A stretch of DNA of 63,283 bases, filler included, from Octopus bimaculoides (lineage: Eukaryota): NCBI RefSeq assembly GCF_001194135.2. It is 7 parts of 6 records of this genome, joined end to end, with 100 filler letters (N's around TTAATTAATTAA, not from the genome) between each part and the next. Parts side by side here need not be neighbours in the genome. Positions count along the whole stretch, not along the records: positions 31,146 to 44,223 come from NC_068995.1; positions 44,324 to 52,977 come from NC_068986.1; positions 53,078 to 56,496 come from NC_068983.1; 4 more parts are not named here. One strand, 5' to 3'. Positions 41,905-54,077 of this stretch are shown one piece after another (position 1 is the stretch's first letter; the number at the start of each line of letters is the position of its first letter). The notes under the pieces were generated by a model that saw only the letters and a program-made list of their open reading frames with translations, had not been told where the DNA came from and made no database searches. The position numbers and the translations under genes were made by a program.

Positions 41905-42162
41905 ACATTATTTACATCATTTACACTTGACGGATATTTGTTCTCATCTTGATTGTTGTTAACACGTTTCGGCTGATATACTCTCCTGCCTTTTTCGGGT
42001 GACCTGGGGAAATTTCGAAACTGGGTTCACATTCCTAAGGTATTTTTCGATGTTATTATTATTTTTATTATTGTTGTTGTTATTGTTCATGTTACTGCTT
42101 GGAATCGAACTCGGAATCTTGGGGTTAGTAGCCCGCACTCTTAATCACTACGCCATAAGCCC
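41905..42162 (-). mobile_element. tRNA-derived SINE with A/B-box head, (AAT/AAC)n spacer and structured 3' domain
   Basis: Minus strand TGGCGTAGTGATT (A box) and GAGTTCGATTCC (B box), then a short-repeat tract and a unique ~170-bp tail. Confidence 0.75.
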
Positions 42163-42214
42163 TCAGGCATATGACCTGAACAATAACAATAACAAAAACA
42201 ACAACAACAACAAC

Positions 42215-42279
<65 letters not shown>

Positions 42280-44223
42280 GATAAGACACCGGGGATGTTT
42301 AACATGTGAGAACGATAAATCACTTTTCCGAAATTTATCCAAAAAACATCGGAAATAAAGACATCGCATGGAGCCAAAAAATAGCTGACAAAGTGTTGGA
42401 CTATATCCGAGTAAGTAATACTCATTGAAATTTATTTCTATTTTTCCATATATTGATGTATTTTAACTTAATACCTCCACTACCCGCACAGCGATCGCAA
42501 ACACACGTGATACATGAACATCAACATCAGACCATCTCGGAAACCAAAAACCATGTACAAAAAAATTACAAACAGATTAAATAACACCGGTATTATTCCA
42601 CCCAAAAATAACAACCGAGAAGTGCGTACTGTAAGCTTGTTACGCAAAAAGTACGAAGATCTGAACGTGAAAAACAATCTGACAAAAGAAATGAACGAAC
42701 CGGTACCCTACGAAACGATGATCGTCAAAATAAAGGGCCGGACGTCGTTCCTCATGGCCCGCAAACAAAACCAAAACGGCATAAATGGACACGTGAGGAA
42801 TACATTTCGATCATACACGCTTATTTCACAGCAGTACTCTACCCAAAAAAACGAAAACGCAACAACACATACATATAAAGTATGGAAGAAAAATAATGTA
42901 AATAAAGACCTCCATAAAACAATGAACCCTAACAAACTAGCTAACATAAGAAGATATATTCTAAAAGCAAAACAAAATATCAGAAATAGAAATGGAACTA
43001 TTGAAAGGAAAAATACATCAGAAAAATATAGATAGTAGTCACACAGCAATGCCAAATAATAATATAAACACTGAGATAGTAAAACACGAGGACAAACGTA
43101 ACATTTCCGGCAAAAACGAAGTAAACAAAATACAACAGACCCAGACCGTAGAGATGTATAATAGTGTAAAAAAGCACCAATCCAGAACACCACAGACAAA
43201 CGTATGAATGACAAGGAAGGCAAAACAAATCTAAAGCCTGGGAATAACGAAGAGAAACATAATAATTACGATACTATGAAAATCAAAATAACCGAAGAAC
43301 TGAAAACCACAGATCTTAGAATGGACCACAGATTATATCTCCCAAAAATCAAAATAGACAATAAAACAACATTAATAATAAATAGCATAAGCCTGGCCGT
43401 CACGGAACTAACAGCCACAGAAACAACAGGCAATATCACTGAGCTAAATGACATAATATATGCGGCAGCCACTGCAGCCACAAAAGAAACAGGATACTCA
43501 CTCAAACCCATCCGAACAGGAGTTCTACCACCCAAACAGACCTTGTGGATAAATAACATCCAGAACAAAATTTAAAAAAAGAGAAAAAAATTATCGATTC
43601 ACAACGAAATTAGTAAACAAGCAACACTACTAAGTAACAAGAAGAAAACAAAAATACTGTACAAATACAGCATTGCAGAAAAATACTTAACTGAGGCAAA
43701 AGAAAAACTAAAACAAGACATCCTTGCCAAAACACAAAGGATCCGCCGGTATGAGAAACGCCAACGTTTCTTTGAACAAAACAAACAGTTCAAATCCAAC
43801 CCCAAAAAACTCTACTAAGAACTGCGTAAAAATAAAATAGACATTCCTGCAGCACCAACAGTAGAAGAACTGGAAGAATTCTGGAAACAAATATGGTAGG
43901 TGAAGCAACAATCCCAGAAAAGGACCATTAAAACAACGAACTTAGCACCTGGGCAACTCTGGACCCCAAAAACAACTGAAGAGGTCACCCAGACACTGCA
44001 AAGACTAAGCAACTGGAAGGCACCTGGACACGACAAGATCCCTAACTTCTGGTTAAAACACCTGACCGGAATGCATAAAAAGCTGGCAGAAAACTTTAAC
44101 AACATACTAGCAGAGCCAGAGATAATGACTGAATGGCTCACGAAAGGGAAAACCATCTTAATTCCCAAATCCACGGAAACGTAGAAACCACAAAACTATA
44201 GACCTATAACCTGTCTCCCTACG
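42280..44223 (+). mobile_element. R4/Dong-clade non-LTR retrotransposon, 5' part (5' UTR, N-terminal region, start of RT), cut by an assembly spacer
   Basis: Frameshifted ORFs: KRHKWTREEYI..AY...NKLANIRRYILK, ELNDIIYAAA, KTQRIRRYEKRQRFFEQNKQFKSNPKKLY, LSNWKAPGHDKIPNFWLK...WLTKGKTILIPK...NYRPITCLP. Begins directly after (AAT)n. Confidence 0.92.
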
Positions 44224-44966
44224 NNNNNNNNNNNNNNNNNNNNNNNNNNNNNNNNNNNNNNNNNNNNTTAATTAATTAANNNNNNNNNNNNNNNNNNNNN
44301 NNNNNNNNNNNNNNNNNNNNNNNACAATCCATAGCAGTAATTGTTTTCACCTCAATAGACGTCAGTGATTGGTTGAAATTACCGAAGTACGACAACTTTT
44401 AACATGAAATAACTTCGAATATAAAAATTTTTCTCTGTTCTATAAGACAAAATATACAAGTATACGAAGTTTTAAAGTGCTCCGGTAGAAAACACACTAA
44501 ATAAAACATAAATAAAAAATGGTGCCCGCCAAATCAGAAAGATCCATATATTTTTTAACTAGAAGATCAACAATTGTCTATGTGGGTCTCTTCCTCTCCA
44601 GCGTCCGATGTGTTTCAAACGAAGGCAAAGGTTAATACAGTTTCGTAGTATTGTAGCTGCAGGGGAAGTCAGGGTGTAGAGTCTCGACAGAAACACCTAA
44701 TGCAGCGCTGACGATTCCATCAAGCCAATGCCTTTTAAAAAATGTTATCAGCCTCGGGTAGACAATCCGGGTGGGATTTGAAGTCGGGGCTTAAAGAGTC
44801 GGAAGAGACATCGCAAAGTATTTTATCCACGATCATTCAGCCACACAACGTCAGTAAATGTATGTGTGTGTATGTGTGTGTATGTGTGTGTATGTGTGCG
44901 TATGAGTGCGTATGTGTATGCGTTGCGCGTATGAGTAGCGGGTGGGTGTGGGGTACCTAGACCTAC

Positions 44967-45090
44967 CTGGATACGATCCTCTGGCAGATCAGTTTTCAGC
45001 GATAGCACCTCTCTGGCATAAACATCCGGGTAGTGAGCTTCCTTGAAAGCTTTCTCTAATTCTTCGAGTTGATAACTGGTGAAAATTGTC
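44967..45090 (-). CDS. Vsx: Internal exon of a Vsx/Chx10/ceh-10 (PRD-class) homeobox gene, encoding (R)[41 protein letters not shown]
   Basis: On the minus strand, a pyrimidine-rich acceptor (ttctctctcttctgattcag|GACA) and donor (ATCCAG|gtaggt) bound 124 nt (phase 2 to phase 0) with no stop. The peptide is near-identical to the Vsx-family homeodomain [36 protein letters not shown]. The intron before VWFQN is the canonical PRD-class position. Confidence 0.96.
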
Positions 45091-45149
45091 CTGAATCAGA
45101 AGAGAGAGAAAAATAAAGAGAAAAAAAGAGGAACATAAAAAATGGATAC

Positions 45150-45352
45150 ATATATCATCATCATCATCGTTATTATCATCATCATCATCATGACCATCAC
45201 TATTACCACGATCATCATCATCATCATCGTCGTCATCGTCGTTGTCGTCATCATCACCATCACCATCATCATCATCATCATCATCATCCTCATCATCATC
45301 ATCATCATCATCATCATCACCATCATCATCATCATCCTCATCATCATCATTA
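45150..45352. repeat. (CAT)n tract about 60 bp upstream of the Vsx exon acceptor
   Basis: Direct inspection. Confidence 0.95.
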
Positions 45353-46117
45353 CACTGAGTAGGAGCTCAAATGATTTGTTCTCAAAATCATTTGCAGTTA
45401 AGTGTCCAGTCAGGATAAAGAACGCAATGATACCGATCAAATCACGTGACTCAGTTTCTTTTCGTTAGAACAGTACGCATCGGTAGTCATATGCACACGC
45501 ACGCACGCACGCACGCACCCTCTTACATACATACATACACGTATGTGTGTGTGTGTATATGTTACATATATATATATATAAATAGATAGATATATATATA
45601 CACCCACATATGTGTGTGTATTTATATATATATATATGCGTGTGTATGTGTAAGTATATACATGTTTATATGTATGTATGTATGTCTCCCTTCCAGTTCG
45701 TCTCATCAAAACGTTCAGTATACATATATATTTTTTTCACGTCTGGCTTTATAGCCCTTCTTGTCTATTTTCACTGTTTCGCTTTCTTGTGTTGTTTTCT
45801 GTTCGCCACTACATTCCTCCGCGTTACAAATTTAATTTGTTTCCGCGGGAAGAGCCATTCTAACAATGCGTCTTGCCCTAACTCTTCGAAACGCTTTGTT
45901 TTAGAATGGTGGCAGCTGATGAAGAAAATGTTCTCTATGTGGCCTGTGTGTTTTCTGTGATCTGTTTATGTTGTGTTTTTCATTTTGTCCACGTTTTGTT
46001 ATGACGGCCTGTACCCAGATACACATCTATATATACATGTAGATGTAGGTATGTACATACATGTACGTATATATGCATATACTCACATATTTTTTGTATT
46101 ATTATATATGTGTATAT

Positions 46118-46514
46118 GATAGAGCAGCACAATATATTCACTGGGTAATTTGCAAAAAAACCTGGACCTGCCCCATGATAAAAACTTGTGGGAACACAAA
46201 CCACCTCCAGTGCTTGAAAATTATCTTCATCTCACTCCTCTGGAACTTCACCACTCAAACTGGCAGAAAGATAGTGCGAATATGCCAGACATTATATTGA
46301 AAGACTTCAGACAAAAATCATGCCTCCTCATTAATATGACTGTCCCAATCGATATAAACGTATCTGTCAAGACCTACCAAAAACTGAGCAAGTATAAAAA
46401 TCTTGAAATAGAAATTAGCAAAATGTAGAACCTCAAGACTAAAACAATACCTGTTGTCATAGGTGCCCTAGGAATAATAGCAAAAGGGATTGATTGCTAC
46501 CTAGTTCAGATACC
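46118..46514 (+). mobile_element. R4/Dong-type LINE fragment, restriction-like endonuclease (REL) region
   Basis: DRAAQYIHWVIC, WEHKPPPVLEN, MPDIILKDFRQKSCLLINMTVPIDINVSVKTYQKLSKYKNLEIEI, TIPVVIGALG. Followed after an N gap by (AAT)n. Confidence 0.88.
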
Positions 46515-46611
46515 NNNNNNNNNNNNNNNNNNNNNNNNNNNNNNNNNNNNNNNNNNNNNNNNNNNNNNNNNNNNNNNNNNNNNNNNNNNNNNNNNNNNNN
46601 NNNNNNNNNNN

Positions 46612-46655
<44 letters not shown>

Positions 46656-46668
46656 GATGATGATGATG

Positions 46669-46721
<53 letters not shown>

Positions 46722-46760
46722 GATGATGATGATGATAATAATAATAATAATAATAATAAT

Positions 46761-46985
46761 GGTTTCAAAGAACAGCCATTCTGGGGGAGGGAATAAGTCG
46801 ATTACATCAACCGGCAGTATTTCACTGGTACTTAATTTATCGACACCCGAAAGGATGAAAGGCAAGGTTGACATCGACGGAATTTGAACTCTGGACATAG
46901 CGATAGACGAAACAGAACGTAGTAGCAGACGAAATATCGCTAAGCATTTCGCCCGGCGTGCTAACGACTCTACCAGCTCACCGCC
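46761..46985 (-). mobile_element. SINE of the same family, flanked by (AAT/AAC)n
   Basis: ccagctcaccgcc terminus and ggatgaaaggcaaggttgacatcgacggaatttgaactc body. Confidence 0.85.
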
Positions 46986-48599
46986 TTAAATAATAACAAC
47001 AACAACAACAACAATAAAAATAATAATATATAAGACGTGTTCCAAATTTACATGTTTTAAGAAAATTCGTTAAATACCAGGTGACGAATTCGTTTGATCG
47101 TTAGAACGTCCGATGAAATGTCTATCGATAACTATATAAGTAGCCTTACTTTCTGAGTTCGGATCCCGCTGTGGTGAGCTTTAAGTTTCATCCTTTCTGG
47201 GTTGGTCGGTTGACTATCTAAATTACCTATCGGTAAGTGTTCTGATCTTTGCGTTCCGAGATCTAATCCCATCATAGCCTTCTTGGGTAATAAAACTTAA
47301 TCCGCCGCCTGGTATATCACCACCCATCTGGTACCTTGGCTGCTTTTAGCGATGTCCACTCTGTTGAAAGATTCGTACCTCTCTCCTACCTTACAACCAG
47401 TCTCAAACGGTCTATAAAATGTCATACGCTCTGCGCTTCACCACTGACTAACGGATAAAAGCAGGGAAATCTGTGGACATGTTTCCGTTATTTTGGGCCT
47501 TACCAATAAAATATATTTGATCACTTGGTAGCAAGATTATATTTTAATACAGAAAGGGAGAGGGAGAGACGGAGAGAGGGAGAGACGGAGAGAGGCAGAG
47601 ACGGAGAGAGGGAGAGAGAGAGAAAGAGAGAGAGAGAGAGTTACAAATAATTATTGTTTTCCTTCTACAATTAATTTAAGTTAATTGAGAATTATTTCGT
47701 ACGTTATTCGTCAGAATCAGCCCTTAATTTCTCTTTCAAAAGTTACATTGCCGAATTAGAAGAGCCGTGGTGTAATTACGTTAGATATGTTTGGATATCA
47801 GTCTGGGAATGGCATTAATTCTTGGAGAGCCAGAGGAGAGTGTAGGGGCAAGGCCCGAAAAGAGGGGTGTAGGAAACTACAACCCCACACAGTGAGACAT
47901 ACACTACCCACACTCAGACACATGCACATGCATGCATGTATGTACGTATGTATGTATGTATGTATGTATGTATGTATGTATGTATGTGTGTATGTGTGTG
48001 CGGCCAGGGTTGAGGAAGCTGTGAAAGGGTCCACGTTTGAATAAGATAAAGAAGCCCCCTAAAAGTAGTGTGGAGAAATTGAAAGAAAAGAATTGGATTA
48101 TAAATTAATAAATTTTATATACATGCTTACATATATGTATATATATACAGGCGTGTGAGTGTGTTAGTGGACAGAAACAACAAAGACGGATAGAAAAACA
48201 NNNNNNNNNNTATATATATATATATATGTATATATATACAGGCGTGTGAGTGTGTTAGTGGACAGAAACAACAAAGACGGATAGAAAAACAGACAAAGAG
48301 AAAGCAAAAGAAATAATAATAGACAGCGTGAGGTGAGTTGGGGGTGTGGAAGCAAACAGAGAGAGAATGTGAGAAGGATGAGGAGGAAGAGGAGGAAGAG
48401 GAGGAGATGATTATGGTTGTGGTGGCAGTGGTGTTGTTCCTGCTGGTGGTGGTGTTGACGGCAACGGTGGCGAGTTGAGCAAGACACAATAAATAGATTA
48501 GTAGGGAATTACATTAACTGCATTTAAAGCCAAGTCCGATAACTGCTTCCACTTCCGCCCGCTTACAATCCGCAAACGAAAGTCTTCACCATGATTTTA

Positions 48600-51400
48600 G
48601 GCGAGGCTGGGGGTAGAGGTTGTAATAGAGGTAGTAATAACGTCAGTAGTGGGGGTGGTAATAGTGGTTGTGGTCGTAGTATTGTTGATCATAATGGTGA
48701 TTGGTAGCGGTGGTAATGGTGGTTGTGGTGGTGAGGTTGTTTGCAGCAGTAGATGTGATAATGGTGGTAGTGATAGTAACTGTTTTTTACGTAGTTGCTG
48801 TAGTGGTAGTGATGGTGGTGATAATGTTGGTTGTCGATGTAGTGGGGGTGGTAGTAGTGGCGACGGTGATCGTGGTTTTATTGTACTGGTCGTGATATTT
48901 GCTACATTTATGGTTGTTGTGATGATGATTGCTGTAGTTGATTTTGTCGTTGTGGTGGTGGTAGTGGTGGTCGTCATGGTGGCAAAGGTTTTAGTGTTGG
49001 TCATGGTTAAATTCATAAATTCAATTAAACCAAATGTAGAATATAAACCGGTATTTACTCATTTAATAGTCCCGAAGGATGAAAACCAAAGCCGTCTCTC
49101 GCGGGAATAGATCCAGAAAACATGTTATTTCTAAGTTATTTTATAGAATTCTTCAGAATTTACGAACTCTATAAGTGCAGGAACGAAATTTGCTGAGGGA
49201 GTGCAAACCTAGTTTTGCAGGGGGATGTTCAAAGCATTTTTATTGCCCCCACCCCCCAAAAAAAATTGAGGGGTGCACTTGCACTCCTTCTACTCTTTGT
49301 TCCTAAGCCTATGTACGACTCATCTGCTGTTTGAGGCAAGCAAATATATAACAATGAATCCGTTCCCGGGAATCGAACCACCTATGCTCTTGTCTCCTGA
49401 GTAAACGTTCTACTTTTTTTAAAACAAAGTTCTTGAGTTGAATAATTCTGATGTTGAATAATTCTGGATTTGAAATTCACAACATGCTGTTGTACTTTAA
49501 TATCAACGAGACTTAATCCAGTGGGTCTATCATCAAAAGCATTCTAACCGTGTCCATCTCACCAATTGAGAGGTATTTTGGACTATATCATCCAAAGTGT
49601 CTTTCTCTGTTGTTGCTCAACCCTAGGGCTGTTCTGATAAAGCTGAACCTTGATCAAAGATCTGACCAGCCATGACTATCTTGTCTTTCGAACACAAAAT
49701 CACATGTCTTTTATTTTTAAAGACTCTATGTTACTGAAAGAGATTTTGCTGCTATTTCTAGCATACGAAGAGGCCATATAATGGTTCATTTGACGGTTCG
49801 TACTGATAACTTTGCTATTATTATTGTTTAGGCCGGGTCACTTCTGATCAAACAGGCCTATGATCAAAAAGCTTTCCTGTTTTTTTCCGTTTATTTTTGC
49901 GGCACAGTCTTTCTTGCTCTTTTTTGTCTTCAAAAGCGTGACTTTTGGTTACTATTTCTAGCAGATCGAATTGTTACCTTGTTGGTTCGAATTGTTACTT
50001 AGCTCCATATCAACCCTGGTCAAAAACACCTAAATTCAAACAAGTTACTGCCATGGTCATCCCATCTCATTTCCTGACATCAATGTATCTAAGACTACAT
50101 TATTCAATGACCTTGTTATTTTTTAAGACAAGGCGTTATTTGAGGGAGAATATGCTTTTATTTCTAGCATTCCAAACCTCCACATGAAGACTCCCTCGTT
50201 GGCTGATGGTGATTACATTAAAAGCGGTGGTGGAACATATTAGAAAAGGCAACAGTGAAAACAGCAGCTGAGACGATGGCCGTGGTTGAGAGAGAAAGAG
50301 CGAAGGAGAGAGTAGGGGGTGGGGTGGAAAACCTTCATCATACGTTACAATTGAGGGTTGCCCGACGTTAATATGATTTAACCCGTGTGATTAGCGCTAG
50401 ATAAACAGGAACGGGCTGTTGTGTAATAATAGACTGAGCTAATTCAATAAAATAGAGCTTTCAATACATTGTGAAAAGCCTTAACTTAGTTGAGGAGGCC
50501 TGTGAGGTGATGGTAGTGCTGGTGGTGGAGGGATTCCTGAGAAGGGGTAGTGGAGATGGTATAGTGATGGTAGCTGTGGTGGTGATAATGGTACTGGAAG
50601 GTGGTCGTAGTTGATGGTAGTAGAGACGATAGGTGAGGTGGTGTTCTTCTGGTGATGTGTGTGGTTATGATGTGATTGAGCGTGGCGGTGGAAAATTTTG
50701 TGGGTAACAATGATTGTGATAATAAACATGAGGGTAGTGATGTGTGTGGGGGGGGGATGGGGTGGCTGTGGTGGTGCTAGTGGTTGTGATGGTGTTGGTT
50801 GGGGTAGTACTGGTGGCTTGTGGGTTCTAGTGGTTGGGGTGATTGTTGGAGTTATTGTGCTAGTATGTGGTGATAGGGATGGAAGTTGTGGATTCGATGG
50901 TGGTGACGGTGGTGGCGGTGATGGTGGCTGTGTTCTGTGTTCATGGAGATGGAAAGCGTAGAGGTGATGATGGCGGTGGTGATGGCGTGTTATCCCGGTC
51001 GGTGTGTGATAATAGTGGTGGTGGTGATGATGTGTGTGATGATGATGACGGTGGTAGTAGTAATGGTGACGATCGTAAAGGTATCGGTGTGAAGTGTTGC
51101 TGTTATGGTGGTGTTTGATGATGGTGACAGAAGCCATGAAAATGGTAGTGGTGGCGGTGGTGGCAAGCAGAAGTAGTGGTAGCACCAGCAGCAGCAGCAG
51201 TAGTAGTAGTAGTGGTGGTAGAGTTGTAGTAGTTGTAAAACGATAGTAATAGTCATGACATAACAGTAAAGCAATAATAGTGATGGTTGTTGCCTTAGTT
51301 GTTGCTATTGTTGTTATTGTTGTTATTGTCATTGTTGTTCTTATTTTCATTCTGGTGGTGATAGTGGTGGTGGTGGTGATAGTGTTTTTTTGCTGCTGTT
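48600..51400. repeat. Two degenerate (GGT/GAT/GTA)n tracts (about 48600-49010 and 50490-51400) around unique sequence
   Basis: Direct inspection. Confidence 0.85.
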
Positions 51401-51711
51401 ACTGCCCACAGCGTTTTGATGGCGAAGATGGTGGTTAGAGTCACCGAAAGAAGAAAGATTGGTGGCCAACTTAATAAAGTTAGATTTCTGTATATTGTGT
51501 TCGTTGATTGGTTGGATTGATAGTTAAATGGATTGTTAGATGGTCGGTTAGTTGAATGGTGAAAATGAAGAGCAAGATGGAGGATGGGATCACAAACCTC
51601 CGAATAGGTAGATATATGTAAAAATGGATACAAGTCAATGGATAGATGGATAACGTAATGTATAAAAGTAAACGTATAATCAAAGTTGTAGGCCACACTC
51701 TCTCTGTCAGT

Positions 51712-52270
51712 TACAACGACAAGGGTTCCAGTTGATCGAATCAACAGAACAGCTTGCTCGTAAAATTAATACGCAAGTGACTAAGTACTCTACAGGAGGC
51801 GCAATGACCCAATGGTTAGGGTAGCGGACTCGCGGTCATAAGATCGCGGTTTCGATTCCCAGACCGGGCGTTGTGAGTGTTTATTGAGCGAAAACACCTA
51901 AAGCTTCACGAGGCTCCGGCAGGGGATGGTGGTGAACCCTGCTGTACTCTTTCACCACAACTATCTCTCACTCTTACTTCCTGTTTCTGTTGTGCCTGTA
52001 ATTCAAAGGGTCAGCCTTGTCACACTGTGTCACGCTGAATATCCCCGAGAACTACGTTAAGGGTACACGTGTCTGTGGAGTGCTCAGCCACTTGCACGTT
52101 AATTTCACGAGCAGGCTGTTCCGTTGATCGGATCAACTGGAACCCTCGACGTCGTAAGCGACGGAATGCCAACAACAAGTACTCTACAGGCATGCGTACC
52201 CGTCACGTAGTTCTCAAGGAGATTCAGCGTGGCATAAAACGTGACAAAGCTAGCCCTTTGAATTACAGGG
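51712..52270 (-). mobile_element. Older antisense copy of the same SINE family, split by the younger insertion
   Basis: 51712-51796 and 52177-52270 are reverse complements of contiguous internal parts of the 51797-52176 SINE. Confidence 0.82.
51797..52176 (+). mobile_element. Full-length tRNA-derived SINE with a 14-bp target-site duplication
   Basis: Head (GG)AGGCGCAATGACCCAATGGTTAGGG...GGTTTCGATTCCC; ends (AAC)n. Flanked by AAGTACTCTACAGG at 51783-51796 and 52177-52190. Confidence 0.9.
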
Positions 52271-52721
52271 ACTTATTTTTACCAGCTCAGTGGACTGGAG
52301 CAACATAAAATAAAGCATCTTGTTCAAGGACACAATGCACCGCCGGGAATCGAACTCACGACCTTACAATCATGAGCTGAACAGTCTCACCACAAAGCTA
52401 CGCGCCTTCACTTGTAGGCCACAATTTCGCACCAAAATAGATGAAGTTTTGCATGACGATGCACCTTTTCAAGGAAAGTTTGCTAAGCTACGAGACTTTG
52501 CTCTTTGGTCTTTTACTTGTTTCAGTCATTGGATAGCAGCTATTCAAAGGCATCGTCTTTAAGGGTTTAGCCAAATAAATCGCACTCCACCCTGATACTT
52601 TTCTTTAAAGTCTGGCACTTATTCTATCGGTCACTTTTTGCCGAACCGCAGCAGGATCTGTAAGTTAGTTTACGATGGTGTCAGGTGCTAAAGAGGAACA
52701 AACACAAAGACATACACACGC

Positions 52722-52870
52722 GCTTTCAGTTTCCGTCAACCAAATCGACTTACGTGACTATGGTTGGCTCGGGGTAGAAGAGACTTGCCAAAGGTGCCGC
52801 ACAGTGGGACAAAACACGAATCCATGTGTTTGGGAAGTATGCTTCTTACCTCACAGCCATGCCTGCGCCT
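52722..52870 (-). mobile_element. SINE, same family as 150-292
   Basis: Reverse-complement match. Confidence 0.82.
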
Positions 52871-53379
52871 ATGTATATACACACACACACACACACACAC
52901 ACGCACGCACACACACACACACACACATACGCACACGCACACACATGCAAACACAGACAAGTAAAAGTAGAATGTATNNNNNNNNNNNNNNNNNNNNNNN
53001 NNNNNNNNNNNNNNNNNNNNNTTAATTAATTAANNNNNNNNNNNNNNNNNNNNNNNNNNNNNNNNNNNNNNNNNNNNTTCAGTTAGTAGAATAGTTTCAT
53101 TTTTAAAGTGAAAGTATTTGACATGAGTGTTTTTGTTTCACTTTTGACACGTAATACTTAAATAGTGGAGGAGATATTATGTTGCTGTGGGCTCGAACTC
53201 TGCAAGAAGTTAAAATTATTTTTGACTAAAACACAACTGGAACCCTAAGTAAGGCATCTGTAAAATTTGAATGAAATTGGTTGCGTAGTTCTCGAGTTTT
53301 AGGGATTCACACAGACAGACAGACAGACAGACACACATTCTCATTTTTATATATATAGATAAATATATATATACACGCA

Positions 53380-53820
53380 AGCGTGGCTGTGTGGTTACTA
53401 GCTTACTTACTAACCACATGGTCCCGGGCTCAGTCCCACAGTGTGGAACCTTGGGCAAGTCTTCTACTATAGACTAGGGCCGACCAAAGCCTTGTGAGTG
53501 GATTTGATAGACGGAAATTGAAAGGAGCCTGTCGTAGATATATATATATATATATATATACATAGAAAGCCTTCGACTTTTTCTATCCAAACGTTTTTCA
53601 AGCCAATATGTGCGTGTGTGTTTGTGTGTCTGTTTGTACCCCCACAATCACTTGATAACCGATGAATATGTGTTTACGTCACCGTAACTTAGTGGTTAGG
53701 CAAAAGAGACGGATAGTACGGGGCTTACAATGAATAAGTCTTGTGGTCGATTTGTTCAACTAAAGCGATGCTCCAGCATGGCGGTAGACAAAGAACTGAA
53801 ACAAGTAAAAAAATAAAAGA
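53380..53820 (+). mobile_element. SINE head (53380-53535), microsatellite, and SINE tail (53600-53820, ...gctccagcatgg...gactgaaacaagta type)
   Basis: Head matches the 24037 family; tail matches the reverse complement of the pieces at 9467-9580, 36572-36700 and 52512-52650. Confidence 0.8.
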
Positions 53821-53942
53821 ATATATATACACATGGATGTATGTACGAATGTATATATATATATATACACATGTATATATACGTGTATGTATACATACAT
53901 CTATATTGATATATACATATGTATGTATATGTATACATGTAC

Positions 53943-54020
<78 letters not shown>

Positions 54021-54037
54021 GTGTGTATGCATATATC

Positions 54038-54077
<40 letters not shown>

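Noticed and set aside
48140-48290. Exact ~60-bp tandem duplication around a 10-N gap
   Set aside because: Typical overlap artefact of contig ends flanking a placeholder gap.
49170-49292. Possible MITE with aggaac...gagtgcaa inverted ends
   Set aside because: Arm similarity is too patchy and no TSD is visible.
50180-50480. Unique, TAAT/GATTA-rich sequence upstream of the Vsx exon (also about 47640-47800) as candidate enhancers
   Set aside because: Homeodomain-type motifs are expected by chance in AT-rich DNA; this cannot be supported without cross-species alignment or chromatin data.
51797-51870. tRNA-like heads here and at 17945, 11275 and 42101
   Set aside because: They have A/B boxes but continue into SINE bodies and do not close a cloverleaf acceptor stem; not tRNA genes.
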